This document shows, in pieces, positions 27,572 through 39,117 of a stretch of 64,000 nucleotides of DNA. Each line of letters starts with the position of its first letter. The stretch's first letter is position 1. Origin of the DNA: Octopus bimaculoides. Taxonomy: Eukaryota. Position numbers and translations under genes: made by a program. The notes below the pieces were generated by a model. The model worked only from the letters and a program-made list of their open reading frames with translations, made no database searches and was not told where the DNA came from. Where the stretch lies: contig NC_068986.1 in assembly GCF_001194135.2 (NCBI RefSeq), positions 86,311,537 to 86,375,536 of the forward strand, given 5' to 3'.

Positions 27572-28490
27572 CATATGTGTGTCTTTTGCATGCATATATG
27601 TATACAAATGTTGGTTTTGTTAAGTATATACTTTACGGGAAAAAAAATTCACATCCCACAGCCATAGAAAAGAATATCAAATACATTACCGAACCGAGTT
27701 GCAAACAGATTCAGCCTGAAGATCCCACTGACGTGAAACTAGAGTTGCAGCACAAATGTTTATTTTCAAAAAAAAAATAAAACACGTAATCGCGCGCGCG
27801 CGCCCCTCTCTCTGTGTTGTATGCACGTGTGTGTGCGTCCGGGTGCATGTGTGCATATTTGTTGGTAAAATTGATAAATATTACACGCATACACCTGTAC
27901 CTTTTTGTGGAAGCTCTTCAGGCATTATTGAAAAAGCTCACATAAATTGAACCTATATTATAGTTTCATTGCATTATTCATTGTGTGCCATTCTCTTCGG
28001 TGAGCATTAACCAATATATATATACATGTATGCGCGCACGTACACACACGCGCGCGCGCACGCGTACGCACCACACACACTCACAAATATATACACACTT
28101 CTACATACATGCATGAATTTTTTAGGAGATGTTGCGTGTGTGTGTATGTACTGTGGATGTTTTCTCAGTTTACCTACAGTAGTGCGACCTCGGCACCTAG
28201 CTCATTATTCACCTTACTTCAGTGAGACTATTAGCTGTGAGAGCACTTGTTACTTCTCTCGGTCTGCTTAGAATAGGCGCTAAACCACCACCAAAATAAC
28301 TTTAAACCGTTAAAAATATAGTAAGAGATGTTTTATAATATTGTCTTTAGTACGCTCCAAAAGACGGGATGTTCGCTTTTGGAATGCTTTCCACCAAATA
28401 TCTCTCTATCAGGGACACAAAGAACAAAACCTCTTCGCTCTTTTTATACATACATTTATACATACATGTGTGTGTGTAGAGAGAGAGATG

Positions 28491-28542
<52 letters not shown>

Positions 28543-28820
28543 CAGAGACAGACAGACAGACAAATAGATAGATAGATAGTTTTTGTTATTTAATTTAATT
28601 TCAATCTTCAATGTCCAGCGTTTAAATTCAACTGGTACTAACTATTCTATCGATTGTGGAATCGGGTCAAAGACAAAAACATCTAGAACAAACTCCTCTA
28701 AGACTGAAATGTCTTAGAGGAGCTTCCCACAACAAAACCCTTTACCATTAAATATACCTGACATACACTGGGGTTAATCTAATGAATACTTCCGTATTTA
28801 ATATTTACATAGCGACTCAA

Positions 28821-28920
28821 ACGGTGACCTGGTAGAATGGTTAGCAAGCCGAGTAAAATGCGTAGCGGCATTTCGTCCGTCATTTCGTTCTGAGTTCAAA
28901 TTCCACCGAGATCGACTTTC
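28821..28920 (+). mobile_element. SINE-A 5' fragment
   Basis: ctggtagaatggttagc...gcggcatttcgtccgtc...ctgagttcaaattccaccgagatcgacttt. Confidence 0.65.
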
Positions 28921-29007
28921 TCTCAAATCGTACTCTGCTGTGTTGAGAAAAGAAACAACAATTTAAATAATCAAAGTAGCAAGTTCTAAAAGAGATGCAA
29001 CTGAAAT

Positions 29008-29093
29008 GTGGTAACAATCATGAGTAGAGTTACTATGATATTAATAATAATAGATAATAATATCATAGTAACTCTACTCATGATTGTTACCAC
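29008..29093. repeat. Perfect palindrome, 36-bp arms, 14-nt loop
   Basis: gtggtaacaatcatgagtagagttactatgatatta (29008-29043) is the exact reverse complement of 29058-29093. Confidence 0.9.
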
Positions 29094-29137
29094 TTTAAAA
29101 TTCCCACTCTCTACGGAACAATTTTACTACTATTTTC

Positions 29138-29208
29138 TAACCCCAGGGGAGCACCTAATCTAGCTGGTTAACGACTAACTAGCTGAAGAAGGTGTTCCCT
29201 TGGGGTTA
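29138..29208 (+). other. 71-nt two-stem hairpin whose only non-Watson-Crick stem pairs are G-U
   Basis: 29138-29156 pairs with 29190-29208 (17 WC + 2 GU); 29162-29170 pairs with 29176-29184 (8 WC + 1 GU); 5-nt terminal loop. Confidence 0.6.
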
Positions 29209-29445
29209 AAAAATTGTTCCGTACAGAACGGCCATGTTGAAGTGGTAACAAACATTACTTTAGTTGAAATATAATCCAAAATACAACGCTTTTGAAAATA
29301 TGATGATAAACACTTGGTTCACAATTATTTGTTTATAGGTCTAACAAACAAAAATAACCACAGCTGGTCCTATTCTAAAGTTTAGTAATTTTAGTAATTT
29401 TAGTAATTTATTTGATAGAACGCCACACATTATTTATATCGCGTT

Positions 29446-30055
29446 AAGGCGACGAGCTAGCAGAATTGTTAACATACTGCAAATAATTGTTAGCGGAATT
29501 ATATTTTCGAACAAGGGAGTTTAGCGTCCCTCCTCAGTATAAAACAATATCTGCGTACCACGGTTTCTGGGTTATTTCTCTTCGTCAGCACAGAATACCT
29601 GCTCGGCTAGAGATGGCGCTGCTAAATTCCTGTTCGATAATGTATATTTTACAAAGTGACACACACTCACTGATCTAATAAATAAAAACATTATTATTTC
29701 TAAATCTCTCAACGGAAGACATTCAATTACAGTACTCTAAAGCAAATATTATTTGCTAACAATGTGACAGTCCCGGTTAGGACGAATGTTACTGTTATTT
29801 AGCCCCAGGAAACAGCTGGCTATACGACATATTATCTGTGTCCTTATATTTTCGAACAAGGGTGCTTAGCGATCTCACTAAGAAAAAGCTTTATGTTCTG
29901 AATTTTTCTATGTTCTGAGTTCTAGTCCCACCGAGTCGACTTTGCTTCTTATTCGTCGGTGTTGATAAAATAAGAACGAACTGAACACTAAGTTCGATGC
30001 AATCAACTCAAGCTCCCCCATTTCCTGGCCTTCTGCCAGGATTTAAATCCATTAT
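29446..30055 (+). mobile_element. Old SINE-A split by an inserted segment bounded by a 28-bp direct repeat
   Basis: Head aaggcgacgagctagcagaattgttaac at 29446; body resumes at about 29890 (atgttctgagttc...gtcgactttg...gttgataaaataag...cctggccttctgcc). Repeat ttatattttcgaacaaggg.g.ttagcg at 29499-29526 and 29844-29871. Confidence 0.5.
29548..29597 (-). ncRNA. Type I hammerhead ribozyme-like motif (stem II imperfect)
   Basis: Minus strand: ucugug CUGACGA agagaaauaaccca GAAA cc gu gg UA cgcaga. Stem I 6 bp, stem III A-U/C-G/C-G with 2-nt loop, GUA triplet. Confidence 0.5.
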
Positions 30056-30494
30056 TAATATCCCTTTGTATTGAGATTCCACCATTCTCATGCTTGCTAT
30101 TTCTTTATTCTAGATCTAGAATTAATACAATTAATACCAGTGGGGTACTTGGATTTATTAATCGTTTATTATTATGCGATATTCACAGCAGACCTGGATA
30201 CTTGAGACAATTACATGCACGCAACCACAAACACACACACACACACACACACACAAAAACACACACACACACACTCGCGCGCACGCGCATATTCCGTGTA
30301 TCGACGAGATTGTCGTATGTTATTACGCACAGCTGGTCGCAATTCGCTTCTCCGCATTGTTGTAGCTTTTGAATGATGTCCACCACCTCCTTAGCTCTGG
30401 GTATGGAAGCCACCATCATGCAGTTATGAGTACAACACGCTATTAAGCCATGCCTTCACACACACACACACACACACAAATACACACACATACG

Positions 30495-30555
<61 letters not shown>

Positions 30556-30558
<3 letters not shown>

Positions 30559-30786
30559 GCGAGCTGGCAGAAACGTTAGCAGGCCGGGCGAAATGCTTAA
30601 CGGTATTTCGTCTGCCGCTACGTCCTGAGTTCAAATTCCGCCGAGGTCGACTTTGCCTTTCATCCTTTCGGGGTCGATTAAATAAGTACCAGTTACGCAC
30701 TGGGGTCGATATAATCGACTTAAGCCGTTTGTCTGTCCTTGCTTGTCCCCTCTGTGTGTAGCCCCTTGTGGGTAGTAAAGAAATAA
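30556..30786 (+). mobile_element. SINE-A, full length, tail type 1, inserted in (CA)n
   Basis: ggcgagctggcagaaacgttagc...gagttcaaattccgccgaggtcgac...gtaccagttacgcactggggtcga...gccccttgtgggtagtaaagaaataa; (CA)n on both sides. Confidence 0.9.
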
Positions 30787-30937
30787 CACACACACACACA
30801 CACACACTCAAACAGATAATTCGAAAAATATTTTCATTAAAATTTATTAACTTTTATTTAATAAAATTTCACTCAGGCTTGTGGAAGACATTTATAATAA
30901 ATGTGTATTTTATGTATATTATGTATTTTGCATATGA

Positions 30938-31146
30938 AAGCGGCGAGCTGGTGGAATCATTACTGGGAAAAATGCTTGGCGACATTTCACCTTCCTTTAC
31001 GTTCTGAGTTCAAATATCACCGAAGTCGACCTTACCTTTCATACTTTCGGGGTTGATAAAATAAAAATCAGTTGTCTACTGAGATCGGTGTAATAGACTT
31101 ACCTCCTCCACCAAATGTCAACCCGTGTCTACAGTAGAAAGGATTA
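30938..31146 (+). mobile_element. SINE-A, diverged, tail type 2 variant
   Basis: gcggcgagctggtggaatc...ctgagttcaaat...ttcggggttgataaaataa...acagtagaaaggattat. Confidence 0.7.
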
Positions 31147-32497
31147 TGTATTCTGTGAATAAACGCTCTCGTCTTACAACTTTTCAAACGTTCGTGATCC
31201 GGGTTAATGCATAGTGGACAATTTTTGTTTTCCTTTCTTTTTAGGAATTGCGTTAAATATTTTCGGTCTAGTTTCAGCTTTGGAATTTTTATGATGTATT
31301 TTTCATTTGTCTTTCGTAGTTGATCATGTTAATATTATATCTTATCTAATGAGAATATTCAAAATCGTTTACTATTTCAAACGTTTGCATTTCGTAGTTG
31401 ATCATTTCCATCATTCTTTTGCAAAATAGAAATATTTAAAATTATCCATTTTCAGAATGCACAGTTACACATGCACATATATATTTACACATAAACAACG
31501 TCGTTCCCTAAGGTTTACAAATAAAATCTGATGGTCCAGCATATGTTTCCATTTATCAAGGATAAATAATGTGACGTCTACACGGCCGATTCTTAAATAT
31601 TTTTATTGCATTTTCCGTTATGAATGCCAATGTAGCTTCTCAAAGTGTTCTTTTGAAAGTCTAGTAAGGAATCCGATATGACCATTAAAATAGTAATTCT
31701 TTGTTGCAGGTTCTATATGATTACAATATATTTAGAATCATATTTGAAAGAAGAGAAAAAGAAACGAGTGCATATTAGTAGACGTAAGTACGACTGTATA
31801 ATTCGGGAAGGCACTTTGGCAATTTCTTAGCTTGACATCTCTTAGCAAACTTCTCGATCCTTCTGCGTCGCGGAGAGTATGGAAACGTACTCGAACATCT
31901 TAGAAACATTTAAGAAATATAGAAATATAGAAACTGGCCATTATTTCACTTTATACCAATCTGCTCAAGTGAAAATGCGGAGCAACCATATGCTTGTGCA
32001 GCTTTGTCAACCTTCAGATATCAGTCTGGTGTGAGACAAGAATCTACTTGGGAAGGCGACTACATGGTCATATAAAATCATTAGCAAAATCATGCCACGT
32101 GTTACATCTTACTCGGGGAGACGGATAATTTTTAAAAAGTCATACACGCACATACACAAACATATATANNNNNNNNNNNNNNNNNNNNNNNNNNNNNNNN
32201 NNNNNNNNNNNNNNNNNNNNNNNNNNNNNNNNNNNNNNNNNNNNNNNNNNNNNNNNNNNNNNNNNNNNNNNNNNNNNNNNNNNNNNNNNNNNNNNNNNNN
32301 NNNNNNNNNNNNNNNNNNNNNNNNNNNNNNNNNNNNNNNNNNNNNNNNNNNNNNNNNNNNNNNNNNNNNNNNNNNNNNNNNNNNNNNNNNNNNNNNNNNN
32401 NNNNNNNNNNNNNNNNNNNNNNNNNNNNNNNNNNNNNNNNNNNNNNNNNNNNNNNNNNNNNNNNNNNNNNNNNNNNNNNNNNNNNNNNNNNNNNNNN

Positions 32498-32548
<51 letters not shown>

Positions 32549-33204
32549 ATCATGCACATAGGGAAAGATGGAGTATAGCAAATAAAGAGCGGAAAGTGTT
32601 GAGGCTTGAGACGAGACACATTCAAAACTATTGTATGCTCATCGTCTTCGTCATCGTCGTCATCATCATCACATCATCATCGTTATCATCATCAGCATCA
32701 TCATCGCGAACATCATTATTGTGAGAATTAAAAATAAACAACAACCCAAAACAGCAAGTGGAAATAAGTTTCGAAAGGTTTTCAGCAAGGTACAACATGC
32801 ATGTTAGTGACAGTATAAACCCCTTCGATCGATGCGTCTAAGTATGTGTGTCTGTGAAGTGTATTTAATTTGGGTATGTGTATATGAGTGTATGTTTGCG
32901 TGTCGTGCCTGTATGAATTTTAGTATATACCTCTGTGTGTGTGTATATGTGATAAGTACGTGTGGTGCTCCCTTTGTGAATCTACCGCGTGAGTATTTCT
33001 GTATGTCTCAATATTACTATATAAGAGGAAGTGTTCGTATATTCATGTCTATTAGCGATTATAGACCGGTGTTTATGTTTGAATGCGCTTGTGTTGCTGC
33101 GTGTGTAATTGTATTTTCACAGCGAAATATCCTTTTTGCTATATGGCACAAGGTCTGATATTTTAAGAGAGAGGCCTAGTCAATTGCATGGAGTCTATTG
33201 TTCA

Positions 33205-33331
33205 AACGTTGCTTATTCCAGTGGCCCCGAAGAATGAAAGAAGACGACCACGGCGTAATTTGAACTCAGAACGTAGAGGTAGAGAAAAGCACTTTGTCCG
33301 GTTTGATAACGATTCTACTTGCTCGCCGCCA
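33205..33331 (-). mobile_element. SINE-A 5' fragment
   Basis: aatttgaactcagaacgtag...aacgattctacttgctcgccgcc. Confidence 0.55.
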
Positions 33332-33677
33332 TTTTTGCGTCTAAATATATATATATAGGTATGGAGGTATGTTTGTGGCTTCAAGGGTTCCTGTGCGTGT
33401 AAGTACGATGGTACTTATGTGTGTTTGTCTCAGAATGTGTGTGTTTGTTATTGCCTGTATGTATGTGTATGTAATCGAGTGTGTGTGTGTGAGAAAGAGA
33501 GAGAGAGAGTAAGAGAGATATTATGACTGTGATAGAGAGAGTGGTTAAATGCGAATATTTGTATGTATACTTCCAAATATCAATAGAATGTGTGTATGTG
33601 TGCACTGTGAGGGAATGAGTAAATGTTTTGTGTGAGAGATAGGGAGATATATTGGATAGATAGATAGAGAGAGAGAG

Positions 33678-33736
<59 letters not shown>

Positions 33737-33989
33737 GTGCGCGTGTGTGTGCGCGCGTGTGTGTGTGTGTATGTGTGTGTGTGTGTTTGCGTGTGCGAGT
33801 GTGTGAGTATGTGTGCGTCTGCGTGTGTGATAATTGGTTCCGCTCCCTAATTTATATTCAATAACACTGACATCTGTGAAATAAGTTGAGAAAAAGGAAA
33901 TGGGGGAACAGGCGAATAAATACAATGACAGAGTTCCAAGCACAAGACAAAAGCAAAATAATATATGTTCAGTGCTTCCATCTTCTATT

Positions 33990-34047
<58 letters not shown>

Positions 34048-34372
34048 TCTTTCTCTCTCTCTCTCTCTCTACCTGTCTATGTATCATACGCTCTTTCGTT
34101 GTCTCTCAAACTCTCTGTCTATCACTCCGTATCTCACCCTCACCACTTTCCCACTTTTATTTTCATAACATATTTCTCGCAAACACGCACACCCCGTCCT
34201 CTCCATATATATTAATACACTTATGCATACATACATACATAAAAATATACATGCAGTCATAGGTACTTACATACCTACATACACGCATATAAATTTCGTT
34301 AAACCAAAAGCATAAAGCGAAGAACCAAAATAAAAATAATAATTTTTGATTATATATATATATATGGATGGA

Positions 34373-34539
34373 TATCTTTTTATTACGGCCACACAGGGAT
34401 AAATACAGAAAGTGGACAAAATACAATGTAGAGCTTATCTTTTTGGGGGTAAAAAAACAAAAAGGAAGGCGGGTAGAATTTCGATCAAAAGGGATCGTGA
34501 CAAAAAAAAAAGCATGGGGAAAGCCGATCACCATGGGGA

Positions 34540-34540
<1 letters not shown>
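34373..34540 (-). mobile_element. Probable LINE 3' end (T-rich UTR ending ccctgtgtggccgtaataaaaaga)
   Basis: Pyrimidine-rich strand ending in aataaa plus an A-rich end; adjacent to the Tx1-like ORF2 fragment. Family assignment is inference. Confidence 0.45.
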
Positions 34541-34600
<60 letters not shown>

Positions 34601-34602
<2 letters not shown>

Positions 34603-35490
34603 TGTGGTAGCTCTCGAGTCATTACTACAGTAACATGATATTTTGAATTGCATCCTGTTTGAACTAGGATACCGAAGGTTTTGTCGGATTATAGGGTTTT
34701 ACAGACGACGTCACCGTAATAGATATTTCGGAAATTGAGGTGACGGCACTACTTCAATCAAGTACGAAGAGGTGACAAGAGTGATTGACCAAGAGAAGGT
34801 GATGCACCTACGGCTCAGCACCTGGAGGGGGAGGTCAATGCCAGTCGACAGCGTCGTAGGGCGCTGGTCATAAGGACCAGTTAAATTTCTCGGGGTCTCG
34901 TGTGTTGGAGTGCAGGGCATGCAGCAGCTAGAAATGAGCAGAAATGCGCTGAGACTGCGACTTTTCTAATATTCCCTTGATGGTGAGCAGGTATGGTTTC
35001 TGTTTTTCAGCATCTCGTCTCGTACTTAGAGCTACAGTCTCGGGTCATGCGTAGACTGAAAAAGGCCTCTGCCAGTCGCGTAATGCGGTCGGTGGATATC
35101 CCACATTGGAGTATAATAGGGGATTAGTGGCGGCCAAGAGCGACGACGTCTTCGAGGAAACTGTTTGTCGGGAGAATCAGTTACCTGGTCATTATCGGAA
35201 GATTTTCGAGGACTATAGATAACTTTCAGAAATCCTTGTCGTGGCTATGCTGCCGGTAAGGGGCGGTCTTCCAATTCGATTCGAGCCCTACAGACGCGAG
35301 TGTGTTGTCAGAAAGACCTGTCCAATACGCGCTCAAAGCGATGAAAACGTTCTGTAAGTGCTCATCCTGTGTCACGCATTTATGACCTATAGAACTTTAT
35401 CGAAAAGCTGTTGTTACGTGTAGGATGTATCCAGTTATCGGCCGAGACCATCGCGAGGGTCCCTTCACAGCCTTCTTCTGGCATCTAGCG
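34601..35490 (+). mobile_element. Tx1/L1-clade LINE ORF2 remnant (RT plus C-terminal Cys-rich region), multiply disrupted
   Basis: YVVALESLL...FTDDVTVI (YADD-like)...KYEEVT..IDQEK...WRGRSMP...GRW..GPVKFLGV; later YNRGLV..SDDV.EET...NFQKSLSW...GLPIR...TCP...QSDENVL and IEKLLLRVGCIQLSAETI. Confidence 0.8.
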
Positions 35491-35986
35491 AAAAAACTAG
35501 TGTCGTGAGCGAGTTTGAAGGAAGTGATGACAGATACTTTCCTCTTTAGTCAGGCTTTCATCGACTTTCTTAAGTTTAAATGAAAGAAAAATGAGAGGTA
35601 AGTGCTGGTCCCCAGTATTTTTGATGAAATGCAAGTGAATGTAGGGAGGGGGACTGTGTGAATGGGGGAGAATCCATATGAGAGCTTCTCTCAAGTTCAG
35701 TAACGCAGTATCCGCTGTTCTAACAAAACATCCACGTTAAGTTGGTTATATTGATTGCTTTTTATTATAATTCTTATTTTCCTTAGCTGCGGTTTTTCCG
35801 TTTCTTGATCTTTAACACTTGGCCACTTCTACATGTTATACACCCATAATGATTCAGTATAGTGACTTTAGTCACTTCTTCTTGGTATGTGTTCAAGAGA
35901 ATAAGGAAAAGAAAAGAAAAAAGGCCAGTAGAATGGGATTTTGAGGGGTGTTTTGGCAATTGTCTTTAGCAGCTACACCAAACACT

Positions 35987-35988
35987 TC

Positions 35989-36059
<71 letters not shown>

Positions 36060-36230
36060 ATTGTTGTTATTGTTGTTTTATACGTAAGACTTGTGATGCT
36101 GGTATTGACTATAGTATTAGTGGTTTCAGCGTTGATTATATTGGTGTTGGAAATGGTAGGGACATTACTAGCGTTGCTGTTGTTATTCTTGTGGTTGTTG
36201 ATGTTGTTGTTGTTGTTGTTGGTGTTGTTG

Positions 36231-36262
<32 letters not shown>

Positions 36263-36310
36263 GGTAGTGATGGTGGTAGTGGTTGTGGTGGTGGTGGTGG
36301 TAGTGGTTAT
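35987..36310. repeat. Compound trinucleotide microsatellite (AGT)n/(TGT)n/(TGG)n
   Basis: Directly visible; source of the poly-S/T/V/L ORFs in the track. Confidence 0.9.
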
Positions 36311-36817
36311 AATTATTGTTTTTCCATGAAGCAAATTTTGGCAACATGAAGCCTAAGTTTCTGGCCAGGAAATTATCCAATCTACTCTGCTATTTCGTTC
36401 TCCCTATTTCCATCTACCTCCCACCAATACCCTTACCCGCTTCAGCAATTGTGTGGATGTACGTTTGTATGTGTGTAAAGAAACGTATAGGCAAACTAAA
36501 CATATAACCACATACACGGGCACATATATATAAGCATGGATATTTATACGCCGATCCTAGTTTAACGTAATGGTGTAATATTTCACTTCTACATCGTGTT
36601 CGGTATTTCCCTAATCAGAATAACCAGAATAAAAATGAGGGGATAATTATATGACCCCTGCGCATCCGATACGTAAAGCTTAATGTCGAATACTTGCATA
36701 TGTGTGTGAGCGTATGTGTGTGTGTGTATGTGTGTGTATGTGTGTGTGTTTATATAATACATATAGATGTATTTACATACATACATACATACATGCACAT
36801 ATATGTATATGCTTATA

Positions 36818-36861
<44 letters not shown>

Positions 36862-36874
36862 NNNNNNNNNNNNN

Positions 36875-36960
<86 letters not shown>

Positions 36961-37394
36961 GGGTAATGATAACTGTTTAGAATTCCCTATACAGGTAATC
37001 TATGTATACACGCACACACACATAAATACACACACACACACACATACACACACATGCATATGAGAATATGTATATGTAGATATATATAAGATTGTTCTAA
37101 CTAAATTACTCCTTGTCATGAATTCAAGCGTCTCAATTTTTATTTTCCTAACAGAGTCCTATCAATACCTTTTTTTCTATATTGCTTACACATATGATCT
37201 ATTCACGTATTATTTGTTTTTTAAACATAGTGTGACCGCTTTATTTGTATCTTACCTTTCTAATGGATATATGTTCGAGAATATATATTCCAAACGCTCT
37301 TAATATCAACAACTGTTTAAGGCCGTTCGTCAATCTTCGGTGAAATAGTTCAATTCGCAATGTATGTGTTGCTGAAACGTAGATTTACACATTA

Positions 37395-37517
37395 CGAGGG
37401 GTGTATGAAATGTTTTGAGCCCCCAAGGCCTTTGTGTCTTGAAGTCTTGTACCATCGTCAGAAGTCTTGTATCATGTTTTATTTCTATGAGGCTCAAGAA
37501 TTTTCACACACTCTTCG
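37395..37517. mobile_element. Mariner-type MITE (123 bp) with TA target duplication
   Basis: TA-cgaggggtgtatgaaatgttttgagcc ... ggctcaagaattttcacacactcttcg-TA; imperfect TIRs of about 27 bp. Confidence 0.75.
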
Positions 37518-39056
37518 TATATATCATAACTTGATATTGTGTGGACTGATATCCGTGTTGGCAGGTCGCTTATATTTTACATTAAATATAATGTTTAATA
37601 ATGTTAAACAATGAGAGTTTGCATAGTATGCAAATCAGCAGCCTCTGTGCTCTGTAGCTACTGATGTTGAGTACATAAACAGATTTGCTGCGTAATTCTC
37701 TGTAATTCATCGAAAGATGCAGACAACCCTGATGGGATTGCAATAAGGTTCAGAAATGGATTAAGAGCTGTTCATTTGTTCGGTCTACAGAGAAACATTT
37801 CAACTTGCTATGTCCGTATTCCTACTACCTGTAAAGGAAATATTCAATCACCACTATGTTACATATATATATAATTGTTAAAGAGGTAAAAAAAAAAAAC
37901 AAACATTAAGGCAAGACAAATATATCAAGTCGTTTACAATCTTATTATCGGAAAATAATTCAAAGGCTTACAGCTGTTTCTGGGATATCCCCGAGTCTGG
38001 GATATTCCATCATCAGAAACAAATATGAAAAAAAAACAAAAAAAAACAAACAGGGAAAATGAGAATGGTATATATCAATGAGGAAGGGAGTAAAGTAAAT
38101 AAGGAGATAGAAAGAGAGAAGTAAAAAGAAGCATAAAAGTTCATAGTTCAACTTTCTGAAGTTTTAGAAAAATAGCATGAGTCCTTAGGTGCAATCCATG
38201 ACTACCGTCTCGGCTATAACCTTGAAGCCTTAGTAATCCGTTACAGCACGTACCTAGCATGATCATCTTATTAACTGTAGAAAGCGGGATCCCAAAGCTT
38301 CTTTTGTACAGTGCATGATTAAACAGTCACATATACAAACTGAAACATAAAAGTTAGAGTGAGCATAAAACAATGTTTTATGGGTGTCTATTTACTTCTG
38401 TCATGTCTCTGTATGTGTGTGCGTGTGTGTATGTGTGTGTGTGTATACATATATATATATATATATNNNNNNNNNNNNNNNNNNNNNNNNNNNNNNNNNN
38501 NNNNNNNNNNNNNNNNNNNNNNNNNNNNNNNNNNNNNNNNNNNNNNNNNNNNNNNNNNNNNNNNNNNNNNNNNNNNNNNNNNNNNNNNNNNNNNNNNNNN
38601 NNNNNNNNNNNNNNNNNNNNNNNNNNNNNNNNNNNNNNNNNNNNNNNNNNNNNNNNNNNNNNNNNNNNNNNNNNNNNNNNNNNNNNNNNNNNNNNNNNNN
38701 NNNNNNNNNNNNNNNNNNNNNNNNNNNNNNNNNNNNNNNNNNNNNNNNNNNNNNNNNNNNNNNNNNNNNNNNNNNNNNNNNNNNNNNNNNNNNNNNNNNN
38801 NNNNNNNNNNNNNNNNNNNNNNNNNNNNNNNNNNNNNNNNNNNNNNNNNNNNNNNNNNNNNNNNNNNNNNNNNNNNNNNNNNNNNNNNNNNNNNNNNNNN
38901 NNNNNNNNNNNNNNNNNNNNNNNNNNNNNNNNNNNNNNNNNNNNNNNNNNNNNNNNNNNNNNNNNNNNNNNNNNNNNNNNNNNNNNNNNNNNNNNNNNNN
39001 NNNNNNATAGGTAGGTAGATAGATAGATATGTAGGTAGATAGATAGATATGTGTGA

Positions 39057-39091
<35 letters not shown>

Positions 39092-39117
39092 GAGTAGTTT
39101 CAATTTTCAGACTAGTG

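Noticed and set aside
27708-27755. ctgaaga...gaaac hammerhead-like spacing and the protein-like peptide EKNIKYITEPSCKQIQPEDPTDVKLELQ
   Set aside because: No stem I or II pairing, and no convincing splice donor or recognisable homology.
30443-30811. Recurring peptides such as [25 protein letters not shown] (also about 24786, 51658, 52011, 58268)
   Set aside because: These are antisense translations of SINE-A, not a gene family.
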